From an uncultured Bacilli bacterium (GTDB lineage Bacteria > Bacillota_I > Bacilli_A > RF39 > UBA660): DNA of 64,000 nt. The stretch spans positions 43,770 through 107,769 of the forward strand of contig CAKOTD010000002.1 in NCBI GenBank assembly GCA_934120015.1, written 5' to 3'. Position 1 is the first letter of the stretch, and every line of letters starts with the position of its first letter. Below are positions 49,942-60,480 of this stretch, in pieces. Position numbers and translations under genes: made by a program. The notes under the pieces were generated by a model. That model saw only the letters and a list, made by a program, of their open reading frames with translations, did no database searches and was not told where the DNA came from.

Positions 49942-49997
49942 TTAATTATTATATTTAATATAGTTGCCAAAAATTATAAAAAATGCAATAATATAAA

Positions 49998-50076
49998 TGC
50001 ACAACATTAATGTTTGAAACAGGTCAGAATCGGAAGGTAGCAGCCTTAAAAACCTCTTAATGTGTGTGCTTTTTTT
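49998..50076 (+). ncRNA. ffs: Small (4.5S-type) signal recognition particle RNA
   Basis: 'TGTTTGAAACAGGTCAGAATCGGAAGGTAGCAGCC' matches the universally conserved SRP RNA domain IV (E. coli UGUUUACCAGGUCAGGUCCGGAAGGAAGCAGCC). The 5' GCACAACATTAA pairs with the 3' TTAATGTGTGTGC, followed by a U-run. A putative promoter is TTGCCA-17-AATAAT. The gene sits next to tadA and dnaX, as scr does in B. subtilis. Confidence 0.65.
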
Positions 50077-50098
50077 TATAAAAATACTGAGGTGATTT

Positions 50099-50536
50099 AT
50101 GATAGATTATATGCAAATAGCTATAAAAGAAGCAAAAAAGTCTTTAAAATTTGATGATGTACCTGTTGGATGTGTAATAGTACAAAAAAATAAAATAGTA
50201 GCAAAGGCTTATAATAAAAAAGAAAAAAATAAGTGTATTACAAGACATGCAGAAGTTATTGCTATAGAAAAGGCATGTAAAAAGCTTGGTACATGGCATT
50301 TAGATGATTGTACAATATATACTACTTTAGAACCATGTTTAATGTGTACTACTATTATTTCTCAGAGCAGAATAAAAAATGTTATATATGCTTTGAAAAA
50401 TGATTTCCATGAAGATTTGTTTGATTTTATTGGAAGAGTAGAACCATTAGCTAAAAAAGTTAATAAGAATAAAGGAAGTTTTGAAAAAGAATCATTAGAA
50501 ATGATTCAAAATTTTTTTCAAAAAAAAAGAAAATAA
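50099..50536 (+). CDS. tadA: tRNA-specific adenosine deaminase
   Basis: 145 aa with the 'HAEVIAIEKA' and 'PCLMC' zinc-binding CDA motifs. Confidence 0.9.
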   Translation: MIDYMQIAIKEAKKSLKFDDVPVGCVIVQKNKIVAKAYNKKEKNKCITRHAEVIAIEKACKKLGTWHLDDCTIYTTLEPCLMCTTIISQSRIKNVIYALKNDFHEDLFDFIGRVEPLAKKVNKNKGSFEKESLEMIQNFFQKKRK

Positions 50537-50551
50537 TGATATAATTCTATA

Positions 50552-52183
50552 ATGGGAAGTGGTTATATGTATCAAGCTTTATATAGAAAATATAGACCTA
50601 AAACTTTAAGTGAGATAGCAGGACAAGATGTAATTGTTCGTATATTAACAAATGCTATTAATAATAATCAAATTAGTCATGCTTATTTATTTTGTGGACC
50701 AAGAGGAACAGGAAAGACAAGTATTGCTAAAATTATAGCAAAAATAATTAATTGTTCTGATTTAAAAGATATGAAACCATGTGATAAATGTCAAAGTTGT
50801 ATAGAATTTAATCAAAAAAGTAATACTGATATAATTGAAATAGATGCAGCATCAAATAATGGTGTTGATGAAATAAGAGAATTAAAAAATAAGATTAATT
50901 TAGTCCCAAATTTAGGAAAATATAAAATATATATAATTGATGAAGTGCATATGCTTACAATTGGAGCATTTAATGCTTTATTAAAAACATTAGAAGAACC
51001 ACCTGCACATGCAATATTTATATTAGCAACTACTGAACCACATAAAATTCCTATTACTATTCTTTCAAGATGTCAAAGACTAGATTTTAAGAAAATATCA
51101 CAAAATGCAATATATGAAAGATTAAGATATATATGTGATGAAGAAAAAATAAATGCTACGAATGAATCTTTAATAAAAATAGCTTCATTATGTGATGGTG
51201 GAATGAGGGATTCAATAAGCATGTTAGATAAGTTACTAGCGTATACTAATAATAATATTGATGCTTCTGATGTCATTGAAATCAATGGATTAGTTTCAAA
51301 TGAAGAACTTGAAGAATTATTAAATCTAATTGATAATAAAAATTACAAAATGATTTTTGAGGTGTTAGAAAAATATAATAGTAATGGAAAAAATTTTAGT
51401 AAGTTATGTGAAGAACTAATTTTATGTTTAAGAAATAAAATGGTATCAGAAATAGAAAGTAATAATAATATTAATAATGTAGATAGATATGTTAAGTATA
51501 TTAATGTATTTAATGACATAATTACACAAATTAAAAATTGTAGTAATCAAAAGGTTATAATGGAAACAAATTTGATAAAATTAATGGCAGTTAATGATGA
51601 AAATAAAAAAGAAAAAAAGCCAGAAGATGAAACATTTAAACAAGAAACTAAGAAAATTGTAAAAATAGAAACTTATGAAAATAAGAAAGAAGAAAAAAAA
51701 GAACTAAATGAAGATTATTTAAAAAATTTAGAAAAATTGAAAATAGTTCGTATAAATAATACTTTGAGTAAGTTTGATAAAAAGAAAATTATTGAGTATA
51801 AAAAGCAGTTAGAAAAGATAGATAATTTTATAATAGATCCAGATTATAGTGATTTAGCAGGAATAATATTAGATGGTAATTTAAAGGCTGCAAGTGAAGA
51901 AAATGCTATATTTATTTATGAAAGTTCAAATGTAGCTATAGATTTTAATTGTAAAATTTTACAAATAGAAAATTTATTAGATAAAATTAATTTAAAAATT
52001 AAAGTAATTGCTACAGATATTGATGAATGGGAAGAAATTAAAAAAGAATATAATTCGAAAACAAAGAAATATAATTATAATGATGATCAAAATTTAATAA
52101 AAATGTTATTTAATAGTACTGAAAGTAATCAAAAAAATAGTATTGAGACTATGTTTGATGATATAATAAAATATGATAAATAG
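50552..52183 (+). CDS. dnaX: DNA polymerase III subunit gamma/tau
   Basis: Contains 'YRKYRPKTLSEIAGQD', the Walker A 'GPRGTGKTSIAKIIA', a zinc module 'CDKCQSC', and the 'DEVHML' and SRC motifs. The probable start is the MYQALY Met, 5 codons downstream. Confidence 0.93.
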   Translation: MGSGYMYQALYRKYRPKTLSEIAGQDVIVRILTNAINNNQISHAYLFCGPRGTGKTSIAKIIAKIINCSDLKDMKPCDKCQSCIEFNQKSNTDIIEIDAASNNGVDEIRELKNKINLVPNLGKYKIYIIDEVHMLTIGAFNALLKTLEEPPAHAIFILATTEPHKIPITILSRCQRLDFKKISQNAIYERLRYICDEEKINATNESLIKIASLCDGGMRDSISMLDKLLAYTNNNIDASDVIEINGLVSNEELEELLNLIDNKNYKMIFEVLEKYNSNGKNFSKLCEELILCLRNKMVSEIESNNNINNVDRYVKYINVFNDIITQIKNCSNQKVIMETNLIKLMAVNDENKKEKKPEDETFKQETKKIVKIETYENKKEEKKELNEDYLKNLEKLKIVRINNTLSKFDKKKIIEYKKQLEKIDNFIIDPDYSDLAGIILDGNLKAASEENAIFIYESSNVAIDFNCKILQIENLLDKINLKIKVIATDIDEWEEIKKEYNSKTKKYNYNDDQNLIKMLFNSTESNQKNSIETMFDDIIKYDK

Positions 52184-52198
52184 AAAAGAGGTCTTATA

Positions 52199-52495
52199 AT
52201 GAATATACAAGCAATGATGAGGCAAGCCCAAAAAATGCAAAAAGATATGATGGAAGCAAAAGATAAAATTGATAAAATGATTTTTGAATCAACAAAATCA
52301 TTTGTTACTGTAAGAGTAAATGGGAAAAAAGAGGTAACTGAAGTAATTATTTCCCAAGAAAATTTGGATAAAGAAGATATAGAAATTTTACAGGATTTAA
52401 TAATAGTTGCTATAAACGAAGCAAATAGTCAAGTTGACAAAGAAACTGAAAAACAAATGGGTAAATATACACAGGGAATGCCAGGGTTATTTTAA
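52199..52495 (+). CDS. ybaB: Nucleoid-associated protein YbaB/EbfC
   Basis: 98 aa beginning 'MNIQAMMRQAQKMQKDMMEAK…' with the C-terminal 'GMPGLF' motif; it lies between dnaX and recR as is conserved. Confidence 0.9.
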   Translation: MNIQAMMRQAQKMQKDMMEAKDKIDKMIFESTKSFVTVRVNGKKEVTEVIISQENLDKEDIEILQDLIIVAINEANSQVDKETEKQMGKYTQGMPGLF

Positions 52496-53100
52496 TGAAT
52501 TATCCTACTACAATAAATAATTTAATTGAATGTTTTAAACATTTACCTGGAATTGGTGAAAGAACTGCTGAAAGATTAGTTTTATCACTATTAGATGCGG
52601 ATGATAGTTTAATTGATTTATTTTCACAATCATTATCAAGTTTAAAACAAAATGTAAAGCGTTGTGAATGTTGTTATAGTTATACAGAAAATAGTTTGTG
52701 TAATATTTGTTCTGATAAAAATAGAAACACTGAAATTATATGTGTAGTTGAAAATCCTAAAGATGTTATTGCAATAGAAAAAATAGGAACTTTTCATGGA
52801 AGATATCATGTTTTGGATGGCTTAATTTCTCCTATTAATGGTAAAAATCCAGAAGATTTGAATATAAAAAATTTAATTCAAAAGGTAAACAATGAAAATG
52901 TGAAGGAAATTATTTTTGCTTTAACGCCAAACATAGAAGGAGAAACAACAGCTCTTTACATAACGAAAAAGTTATCAAATTCAAATTTAAAAATTTCAAA
53001 AATTGCTCATGGTGTTCCACTTGGAGCAAATATGGATTATATAGATTCTTTGACTTTAGAAATGGCGTTAGAAAATAGAACTATTATATCTAATTCATAA
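52495..53100 (+). CDS. recR: Recombination protein RecR
   Basis: 201 aa with the HhH 'LPGIGERTAERL' motif, a C4 zinc finger 'CECC…CNIC' and a Toprim domain. Confidence 0.93.
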   Translation: MNYPTTINNLIECFKHLPGIGERTAERLVLSLLDADDSLIDLFSQSLSSLKQNVKRCECCYSYTENSLCNICSDKNRNTEIICVVENPKDVIAIEKIGTFHGRYHVLDGLISPINGKNPEDLNIKNLIQKVNNENVKEIIFALTPNIEGETTALYITKKLSNSNLKISKIAHGVPLGANMDYIDSLTLEMALENRTIISNS

Positions 53101-53109
53101 AAAAAGAAC

Positions 53110-53328
53110 TTGTACATACCATGTATTGAGGTGTTTAAATTGTTTAAAAAAATATTTTCTGTAGTAAAAAAAATAGTATTTTACTCTTTTTTGTTATATG
53201 GCTATAATTTATTAGCTCAACCTTTAAAAATAATAGTTCCTATAAATTTAATAACAGTAGGATCGTTAACTATTTTTGGCGTACCAGCTTTATTTTCTTT
53301 AATAGCAATTTATGTCATAATGTATTGA
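53110..53328 (+). CDS. bofA: Pro-sigma-K processing inhibitor BofA
   Basis: 72 aa two-TM protein; 'VPINLITVGSLTIFGVPAL' matches B. subtilis BofA 'IPINIFTVFVSGFLGIPGV'. It occupies the conserved recR–(yaaL)–bofA position. Confidence 0.7.
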   Translation: MYIPCIEVFKLFKKIFSVVKKIVFYSFLLYGYNLLAQPLKIIVPINLITVGSLTIFGVPALFSLIAIYVIMY

Positions 53329-54290
53329 GGTGTTATATGTTGGAAAAGTATCAAAAACAACAACCATTTGCTACTAAAATTTTTATGCATGAGATTAATT
53401 CTAATCATCATTCACATGCATACTTAATTGAAACAAATGGGTATACAGATGGTTTTGGTTTTGCTATAGCAATGGCTAAAACTCTTTTTTGCGTTAAGAC
53501 AGACGATTGTAAAAAATTATACAATTTAATAGATGAAAATAATTTTCCAGAATTAAAAATTATAGATCCGGAAGGATTAGTAATTAAAAAAGAAGAAATA
53601 GATGAATTGCAAATTGAATTTGCTAGAAAACCTTTATATAGTGATAAAAAAGTGTATATTATTAATGCTGCTGAAAGAATGAATCAATCGGCATCAAATT
53701 CTTTGTTAAAATTTTTAGAAGAACCGAATCAAGATATAGTAGCAATTTTAATTACAAATAATATTAATGAAATGTTAGAAACTATTGTTTCAAGATGTCA
53801 AATTCTTTCTTTAATCAAAGAAAATATTAATATTACTGATTTAAATTTAGTTGAAAGAATATGTTTTTCTATTAATGTAAAAAAAGAAAAATTAATTAGT
53901 ATATTTGGTGAAGATGAAAATTTGACTAATCTTTTAAAATGTATAGATTTTGTAAATTATTATGAAAAAAATCACCTTGATTCCTTCTTTTATCTAAATA
54001 AACATTGGTTTGATTTCTATAAAGATAAAGATCAATTTGATGTTGCATATTCCATTATTTTATTATACTATATTGATATTCTGAAATTAATTAGTGATTA
54101 TAAAGTTGAAGTATTTAAGGAATATGAAACAGAAATAAAAGAAATAGCAAATAATAATTCAATACAATCTATCTGTAATAAAATATCGTGGATTATAGAA
54201 TTAAGAAATAGGGTAAAACAGAATAACAATCTTAACTTGCTTATGGACAAGCTTTTAATAGAATTTGGAAGGTGTGATCACTTTGTGTAA
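53325..54290 (+). CDS. holB: DNA polymerase III delta' subunit
   Basis: 321 aa AAA+ clamp-loader fold with a degenerate P-loop ('HAYLIETNGYTDGFG'), 'KVYIINAAERMN' and 'ETIVSRCQ' (SRC motif). Confidence 0.75.
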   Translation: MRCYMLEKYQKQQPFATKIFMHEINSNHHSHAYLIETNGYTDGFGFAIAMAKTLFCVKTDDCKKLYNLIDENNFPELKIIDPEGLVIKKEEIDELQIEFARKPLYSDKKVYIINAAERMNQSASNSLLKFLEEPNQDIVAILITNNINEMLETIVSRCQILSLIKENINITDLNLVERICFSINVKKEKLISIFGEDENLTNLLKCIDFVNYYEKNHLDSFFYLNKHWFDFYKDKDQFDVAYSIILLYYIDILKLISDYKVEVFKEYETEIKEIANNNSIQSICNKISWIIELRNRVKQNNNLNLLMDKLLIEFGRCDHFV

Positions 54291-55071
54291 TATTGTCAAA
54301 ATAGAATTTTTTAATAGAAAAACATGTTATTGTGCTGTTGAAAGTTATAATTTAAAGCTTAATTTAACAGTAATCGTTAAAACTGATAAGGGTTTAGAAT
54401 TTGGAACAGTCGTAGAATTTATGAAACCAGAATTTGAAATAGTTAACTGTGAAAACAATAAAATTATTCGAATAGCAACTAAACAAGATTATCAAAAGCA
54501 CTTACAAAATATTAAAGAACAAGAAAAGGCCTTAATTAAATGCAAAGATTTAAGTATTAAACATGATTTAAATATTCAGATTTTAGATGCATATTTTACA
54601 TTTGATAGAAATCAGCTTTTATTTAGATTTATTTCTGATAGTAGGATAGATTTTCGTAATTTGGCAAAAGATTTAGCCTCATATTATAAAACTAGAATAG
54701 AATTAAGACAAATTGGTATTCGTGATAAAGCAAAGGAAGTTGGTGGAATAGGTGTTTGTGGTAGAGAATTATGTTGTAAAAAATTTCTAAAAGATATTAA
54801 TTCAGTATCAATTAGTATGGCAAAAAACCAATCTATTTCATTAAATCCAAATAAAATTAATGGTTGTTGTGGTAGACTATTATGTTGCTTAAATTATGAA
54901 GATAATGTTTATAAGGAATGTCGTATGCAGTTGCCAAAAGTAGGAGATAAAGTAAAGCTTAATAATGAAGTTGGTACTGTTGTATCCGTTGATGTTTTAA
55001 ATATGTCATATGATGTTGAACTGTCAAAAAATAATATTGTAAAGGAATATGTAAATGGAAGTACTAAATGA
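54265..55071 (+). CDS. ricT: RicT/YaaT (PSP1 domain) stage 0 sporulation / RNA-maturation complex protein
   Basis: 268 aa PSP1 domain with the Cys cluster 'GVCGRELCCKKFL…GCCGRLLCCLNYE'; it follows holB as in B. subtilis. Confidence 0.8.
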   Translation: MEGVITLCNIVKIEFFNRKTCYCAVESYNLKLNLTVIVKTDKGLEFGTVVEFMKPEFEIVNCENNKIIRIATKQDYQKHLQNIKEQEKALIKCKDLSIKHDLNIQILDAYFTFDRNQLLFRFISDSRIDFRNLAKDLASYYKTRIELRQIGIRDKAKEVGGIGVCGRELCCKKFLKDINSVSISMAKNQSISLNPNKINGCCGRLLCCLNYEDNVYKECRMQLPKVGDKVKLNNEVGTVVSVDVLNMSYDVELSKNNIVKEYVNGSTK

Positions 55072-55774
55072 TTTATTAGACTACAAAGGTCTTAAAATAT
55101 ATCAAAATACAGAAATGTTTAGTTTTTCACTTGATTCTGTTTTGCTAGCAAATTTTGTGAAAATAAAAAAAGACACTAAAAAAATCTTAGATATTGGGAC
55201 TGGGAATGCTCCTATACCTTTAATTCTTTCAACAAAAACAAAATCAGAAATATATGGTGTAGAAATTCAAGAGCAAGTATGTGATTTAGCATATAGAAGT
55301 GTAAAATACAATGAATTAGATAAGCAAATTAAAATAATTAATAATGATATAATGAGCCAAGTAGATATCTGGCAAAATGAAATGTTTGATATAATTACTT
55401 GTAACCCACCTTTTTTTCCGGTAACCGAAAATGTAAAGTTATGTGATAGCAAGTGGAAACAGATTGCAAGACATGAACTTTATTTAGATGTTGATAAAAT
55501 AATTAGGGTGAGCCGAAAATTATTAAAAAACAATGGCTCATTATATATTGTTCATAGACCTGAAAGATTAAGTTATATTTTAGATATTATGAGAAAAGGA
55601 AACATTGAACCAAAGAGAATTCAGTTTGTTCATCCTAAGAAAAATATATCTGCTAATATAGTATTAATAGAAGGAATTAAGATGGGAAAATTGGGTATAG
55701 AAGTTGAATATCCAATTGTTTCACATAATAATGATGGTACTTATACCGAAGAAATTAAGAAAATGTTTAGATAG
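55055..55774 (+). CDS. yabB: tRNA (adenine37-N6)-methyltransferase-like SAM-dependent methyltransferase (YabB/TrmN6 family)
   Basis: 239 aa with 'ILDIGTGNAPI' SAM motif I and the 'ITCNPPFF' N6-MTase motif. Confidence 0.8.
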   Translation: MEVLNDLLDYKGLKIYQNTEMFSFSLDSVLLANFVKIKKDTKKILDIGTGNAPIPLILSTKTKSEIYGVEIQEQVCDLAYRSVKYNELDKQIKIINNDIMSQVDIWQNEMFDIITCNPPFFPVTENVKLCDSKWKQIARHELYLDVDKIIRVSRKLLKNNGSLYIVHRPERLSYILDIMRKGNIEPKRIQFVHPKKNISANIVLIEGIKMGKLGIEVEYPIVSHNNDGTYTEEIKKMFR

Positions 55775-55785
55775 AAGGTGTAATA

Positions 55786-56637
55786 ATGTCACAAAAAAGT
55801 TATATTAATAATGTGCCAACTTTATATTTGATACCAACACCAATTGGCAATTTAGATGATATTACATATAGAGCAGTTAAAACATTACAAAGTGTGGAAG
55901 TTATATTTTCTGAAGATACAAGAGAAACGTTGCAGCTATTAAATTATTTAAATATAAAGAAAAAATTAATATCTAGTCATAGTTATAATGAACAAATGAA
56001 CACTGATAAGTTATTGTCTTATCTTAATTTAGGGAAAGATGTAGGATTGGTTACAGATAGAGGAACTCCTGTAATTAGTGATCCTGGTTACCAGCTTGTA
56101 AAAGTAGCAATTGAAAATAATTTTAATGTTGTTGCATTGCCAGGAACAACCGCTTTTGTACCTGCTTTAATAGTGTCCGGGTTAAATCCTCAGCCATTCC
56201 TATTTTATGGATTTTTAACAACAAAATCTTCAAAGAGAAAAAAAGAATTAGAAACAATAAAAAATTATCCATATACATTAATTTTTTATGAAGCACCTCA
56301 TCGATTAAATGATACTTTGATGGATATAAAAGAGGTATTTGGGAATAGAAAGATTAGTATTTCCCGGGAAATAAGTAAAAAATTTGAAGAAATATATAGA
56401 GGAACAATTGATGAGATTATTTCCCAAGTAAAAGAAGCAAAAGGTGAATTTGTAATAGTAGTTGATGGTAATTATGAAACATTAAATTATAATAATATTT
56501 CACTAGCTGAACATATTGAGTTATTTGTAAAAGAGGGAAATGATTTAAAAAATGCAATTAAATTAGTTGCTAAGGCTCGTAACTTACCAAAATCAGTTGT
56601 GTATAATGAGTATCACAAGTTAGGATGTGAAAAATGA
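55786..56637 (+). CDS. rsmI: 16S rRNA (cytidine1402-2'-O)-methyltransferase RsmI
   Basis: 283 aa tetrapyrrole-methylase fold with 'LYLIPTPIGNLDDITYRA…EDTRETLQLL'. Confidence 0.88.
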   Translation: MSQKSYINNVPTLYLIPTPIGNLDDITYRAVKTLQSVEVIFSEDTRETLQLLNYLNIKKKLISSHSYNEQMNTDKLLSYLNLGKDVGLVTDRGTPVISDPGYQLVKVAIENNFNVVALPGTTAFVPALIVSGLNPQPFLFYGFLTTKSSKRKKELETIKNYPYTLIFYEAPHRLNDTLMDIKEVFGNRKISISREISKKFEEIYRGTIDEIISQVKEAKGEFVIVVDGNYETLNYNNISLAEHIELFVKEGNDLKNAIKLVAKARNLPKSVVYNEYHKLGCEK

Positions 56638-57194
56638 TAAAGTTAATAATAGGCCTTGGTAATCCTGGTAAAGAGTATGTAAATACAAAACATAATATTG
56701 GATTTATGGCTTTAGATTTCTATGCAGAGAAAAAAGGATTATCTTTTGATAGAAAAAAATATAATGGATTATTTTTGGAATTTAACATTAATAATAATAA
56801 AATTATTCTTTTAAAACCACTGAGTTATATGAATTTATCGGGAGAAGTAATAATAGAATTTATTAAATTTTATAAAATTAATTTAACAGATATATTAATA
56901 ATCTGTGATGATTTAAACTTACCATTTGCTAAATTGAGAGTTCGTCAAAAAGGTAGTTCAGGTGGACATAATGGTTTAAAAAATATAGAAAATCATTTAC
57001 ATAGTCAAGATTATAAGAGAATTAAAATAGGAATAGGGCATGATTTTGATTATGATATGAAAAATTTTGTATTATCAAAATTTAATAATAACGAATTAAA
57101 TGAATTAAATACTTCTTTTGAAAAAGTAACTGAAATTATAGACGATTTTAGCAAAAATGTAGATTTTGAAAAAATAATGTGTAAATACAATTAA
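56634..57194 (+). CDS. pth: Peptidyl-tRNA hydrolase
   Basis: 186 aa beginning 'MIKLIIGLGNPGKEYVNTKHNIGFMALD'. Confidence 0.93.
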   Translation: MIKLIIGLGNPGKEYVNTKHNIGFMALDFYAEKKGLSFDRKKYNGLFLEFNINNNKIILLKPLSYMNLSGEVIIEFIKFYKINLTDILIICDDLNLPFAKLRVRQKGSSGGHNGLKNIENHLHSQDYKRIKIGIGHDFDYDMKNFVLSKFNNNELNELNTSFEKVTEIIDDFSKNVDFEKIMCKYN

Positions 57195-57204
57195 AGGTGA
57201 AAAT

Positions 57205-60200
57205 ATGGAAATGTTATACAATAAATTTGATTATGATGTGCAAAATCAAATTGGGTTGCCGGATGAATTGAAAGCAATATTTATATATAATAGATTTATT
57301 CATAAAGATGAATCTATTCTTTTTGTGTGTAATACATTATATGAAGCAAATAAAATGCATCAAACTTTACTAAATTATACTGAAAAAGTCTTGCTATTTC
57401 CAATGGATGATTTTTTAACTAGTGAAGCTTTAGCAGTATCACCAGAATTGAAAATAAATCGTATAGAAACTTTAAATAATTTGATTAATAATGAAAAATT
57501 TATAGTTATAACAAATTTAATGGGTTTTTTAAGATATTTACCTGAAAAAATTATCTTTAAAAATAGTATTATTAACATAGCAATTGGTGATGAAATTGAT
57601 ATAAAAGAATTTGTAAATACTTTGTCCAATTTGGGATATTCACGAGAAACAATAGTAAACAAAACGGGAGAATTTGCCCCACGAGGATATGTTTTAGATA
57701 TATTTTTAATTTCTTCTAAAAATCCAGTTAGAATTGAATTTTGGGGAAATGAAGTTACAGAAATAAAAGAATTTAATGTTAATAATCAAATGACAATTAA
57801 AAATTTGACTGCAATTAGTATATTTCCTAATACCGAATTTTTATGTGATAACTATAATTTTTCTGACGATAATATGCAAAAACAATATAATTTACCAAAA
57901 TACACAAATGTTATTAATATATTAAATTATATGAGTAATCCAATTGTGTGTTATAATGATTTGAATGCAATCATGAATAGTTATGAAATTTTATTAAGTG
58001 AAATTTCTGAATATAAGTCGAATCTTCCTATAAATGAAAAAATTAAATTTATGTTTGAATTTGATGATATAAAGGTTAATGATTTTTATAATTTTGCTGA
58101 TATTTTAGATTCTGGAGCAAGGTATAATTGTGCCAATATTCAAATATATTCTTCAAAACCTTTAGATATTGGCAATAATTTAAAAAAATATATCAATGGA
58201 AAAAACAAGGTGTTAATTTGTTTAAGTAATCATTTTTTACAAAATAAAATAATAGATAGTATTAATAATTGTGATTTTATAATAACTAATATAGACGAAT
58301 TATTTACAGATAAAGTTAATTTGATTATAAAAAAAATTAATAATAGTTTTAAATTGGATGAATATGTTTTTATATCTGAAAATGATATATTTAATAGTAA
58401 ACCTAATTATAATTATAAGACTAATTTTAAAATAGGTACTAAAATTAGAGACATATCAAAATTACAGATTGGTGACTACATAGTACATATAACATATGGT
58501 ATTGGAAAATATTGTGGAATAAAATCTTTAGAGACAAATGGTCTAAAAAAAGATTATTTAACACTTGAATATAGTGGTGGAGATAAATTATATGTTCCAG
58601 CTTCAAAGATAGATATAATTAGTAAATATTCAAATAGTGAATCTTATACTCCAAAGTTAAATAAACTTGGAACTAATGATTGGAATAAAACCAAATTAAA
58701 AGTTAAAGCTAAGGTAGAAGAAATGGCACATGAATTATTGGAATTATATGCTTTAAGAGAGGCAAGTAAAGGGTTTAAATTTGCAAAAGATGATGAAAAC
58801 CAGGCAATGTTTGAAAGTGAATTTCCATTTGAAGAAACTAATGATCAAATTAAAGCAATAAGAGAAATAAAAATTGATATGGAAAAAGATATACCAATGG
58901 ATAGGTTATTATGTGGTGATGTCGGCTTTGGAAAAACAGAGGTTGCTTTTAGAGCAATATTTAAAGCTATACTTTCAAATAAGCAAACGGCTATTCTTTG
59001 TCCAACAACAATTCTTTCTAATCAGCATTACAAAAATGCTCTTGAAAGATTTAAATCATTTCCAGTTAATATTGCTTTATTGAATAGATTTGTAAGTTCT
59101 AAAAAAACAAAAGAAATAATTGATGATTTAAAACTTGGAAAAATTGATTTGTTAATAGGAACCCATAAAATTCTTGGAAAAAATATAGAGTTTAAAGATT
59201 TAGGGTTATTAGTAATAGATGAGGAACAGAGATTTGGTGTAAAGCATAAAGAAAAAATTAAAGAGTATAAAAAAAATATTGATGTTTTAACTTTATCAGC
59301 AACTCCAATACCTAGAACATTGCAAATGTCTTTATCGGGAATTAGAGGTTTATCACTCATTGAAACCCCACCAGTTAATAGATTTCCTATTCAAACTTAT
59401 GTATTAAACGAAAATACACAAATTATTAAAGATGCAGTATACAAGGAATTATCAAGAAATGGACAGGTATTTATACTATATAATAACGTAAGTGGAATGC
59501 AACAAAAACAGAATGAATTACAAAAACTTATACCAGAAGCTAGAATAGTATATATTCATGGGCAAATGGAAAAAGATGTTATTGAAGATGTAATGATTAG
59601 ATTTATTAATAAAGAATATGATATTTTACTTTGTACAACTATTATTGAAACAGGTATTGATATTCCTTCTGTAAATACTTTAATAATTTATGATGCGGAT
59701 AAGTATGGTCTTTCTCAATTATATCAAATAAGAGGAAGAGTAGGACGAAGTGATAAAATTGCTTATTGTTATCTAATGTATAACAAAGCAAAAGTATTAA
59801 GTGATGTTGCAACTAAAAGATTAAGTGCAATAAAAGACTTTACAGAACTTGGCAGTGGACTTTCAATTGCCATGAGAGATTTGTCAATTAGAGGTGCTGG
59901 TGACATTTTAGGTTCACAGCAAGCAGGTTTTGTTGCTTCAGTTGGTGTAGAAATGTTTATGGATATGCTTCAAGAAGAAATAGAAAAATTAAAAGGAAAT
60001 AATACAAAAAAGGAAATAAATGAACAAGATCAACCATTAATAGATGTAGATACATCAATTTCTGATGATTATATATCAGATTCCGAAATAAAGATAGAGA
60101 TGCATAAAAAAATTAACCAAATTGATTCTTTAGATAAGTTAAATGAAGTTAAAAATGAATTTGAAGATAGATTTGGCAAAATACCTGATACTATAATTAT

Positions 60201-60480
60201 TTATATGTATAGTAGATGGTTTGAGCATTTGGCAACTTCATTAGAAATAAGTAATATAAAACAGAATAGACAAATAATCCAAATAGTTTTACCCGAAGAT
60301 ATTAGTATGCTTTTGAATTATAGTAGTTTATTTTTGGAAAGTCAAAAAATATCAAAAAACATAAGATTTAAAGTTATCAAAAATAATTTAATTGTAATTT
60401 TGGATTTAAACAATCTAGATAAACATTTTATTTATTATCTAATTGATATTTTAATTTTAATTAAAAATAATATAAAATAA
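57205..60480 (+). CDS. mfd: Transcription-repair coupling factor Mfd
   Basis: 1091 aa with a UvrB-homology N-terminus, the RNAP-interaction region 'KLNKLGTNDWNKTK', and SF2 helicase motifs 'GDVGFGKTEVA' and 'DEEQRFG'. Confidence 0.95.
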   Translation: MEMLYNKFDYDVQNQIGLPDELKAIFIYNRFIHKDESILFVCNTLYEANKMHQTLLNYTEKVLLFPMDDFLTSEALAVSPELKINRIETLNNLINNEKFIVITNLMGFLRYLPEKIIFKNSIINIAIGDEIDIKEFVNTLSNLGYSRETIVNKTGEFAPRGYVLDIFLISSKNPVRIEFWGNEVTEIKEFNVNNQMTIKNLTAISIFPNTEFLCDNYNFSDDNMQKQYNLPKYTNVINILNYMSNPIVCYNDLNAIMNSYEILLSEISEYKSNLPINEKIKFMFEFDDIKVNDFYNFADILDSGARYNCANIQIYSSKPLDIGNNLKKYINGKNKVLICLSNHFLQNKIIDSINNCDFIITNIDELFTDKVNLIIKKINNSFKLDEYVFISENDIFNSKPNYNYKTNFKIGTKIRDISKLQIGDYIVHITYGIGKYCGIKSLETNGLKKDYLTLEYSGGDKLYVPASKIDIISKYSNSESYTPKLNKLGTNDWNKTKLKVKAKVEEMAHELLELYALREASKGFKFAKDDENQAMFESEFPFEETNDQIKAIREIKIDMEKDIPMDRLLCGDVGFGKTEVAFRAIFKAILSNKQTAILCPTTILSNQHYKNALERFKSFPVNIALLNRFVSSKKTKEIIDDLKLGKIDLLIGTHKILGKNIEFKDLGLLVIDEEQRFGVKHKEKIKEYKKNIDVLTLSATPIPRTLQMSLSGIRGLSLIETPPVNRFPIQTYVLNENTQIIKDAVYKELSRNGQVFILYNNVSGMQQKQNELQKLIPEARIVYIHGQMEKDVIEDVMIRFINKEYDILLCTTIIETGIDIPSVNTLIIYDADKYGLSQLYQIRGRVGRSDKIAYCYLMYNKAKVLSDVATKRLSAIKDFTELGSGLSIAMRDLSIRGAGDILGSQQAGFVASVGVEMFMDMLQEEIEKLKGNNTKKEINEQDQPLIDVDTSISDDYISDSEIKIEMHKKINQIDSLDKLNEVKNEFEDRFGKIPDTIIIYMYSRWFEHLATSLEISNIKQNRQIIQIVLPEDISMLLNYSSLFLESQKISKNIRFKVIKNNLIVILDLNNLDKHFIYYLIDILILIKNNIK

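Noticed and set aside
48985-49946. Initially read the CACGTG-centred palindromes as a local REP/MITE family or simply a series of hairpin terminators after gyrA
   Set aside because: All five share an identical 16-bp core that exactly equals the ParB parS consensus, while their flanking palindromic extensions differ. A MITE would conserve the flanks too. Site 2 probably still doubles as a terminator.
50003-50022. The 5' arm of the SRP RNA (ATTAATGTTTGAAACA) resembles a parS with the central CACGT deleted
   Set aside because: The TGTTT…CAGG segment is itself part of the conserved SRP RNA sequence (as in E. coli 4.5S: UGUUUACCAGG), so the resemblance is most likely coincidental.
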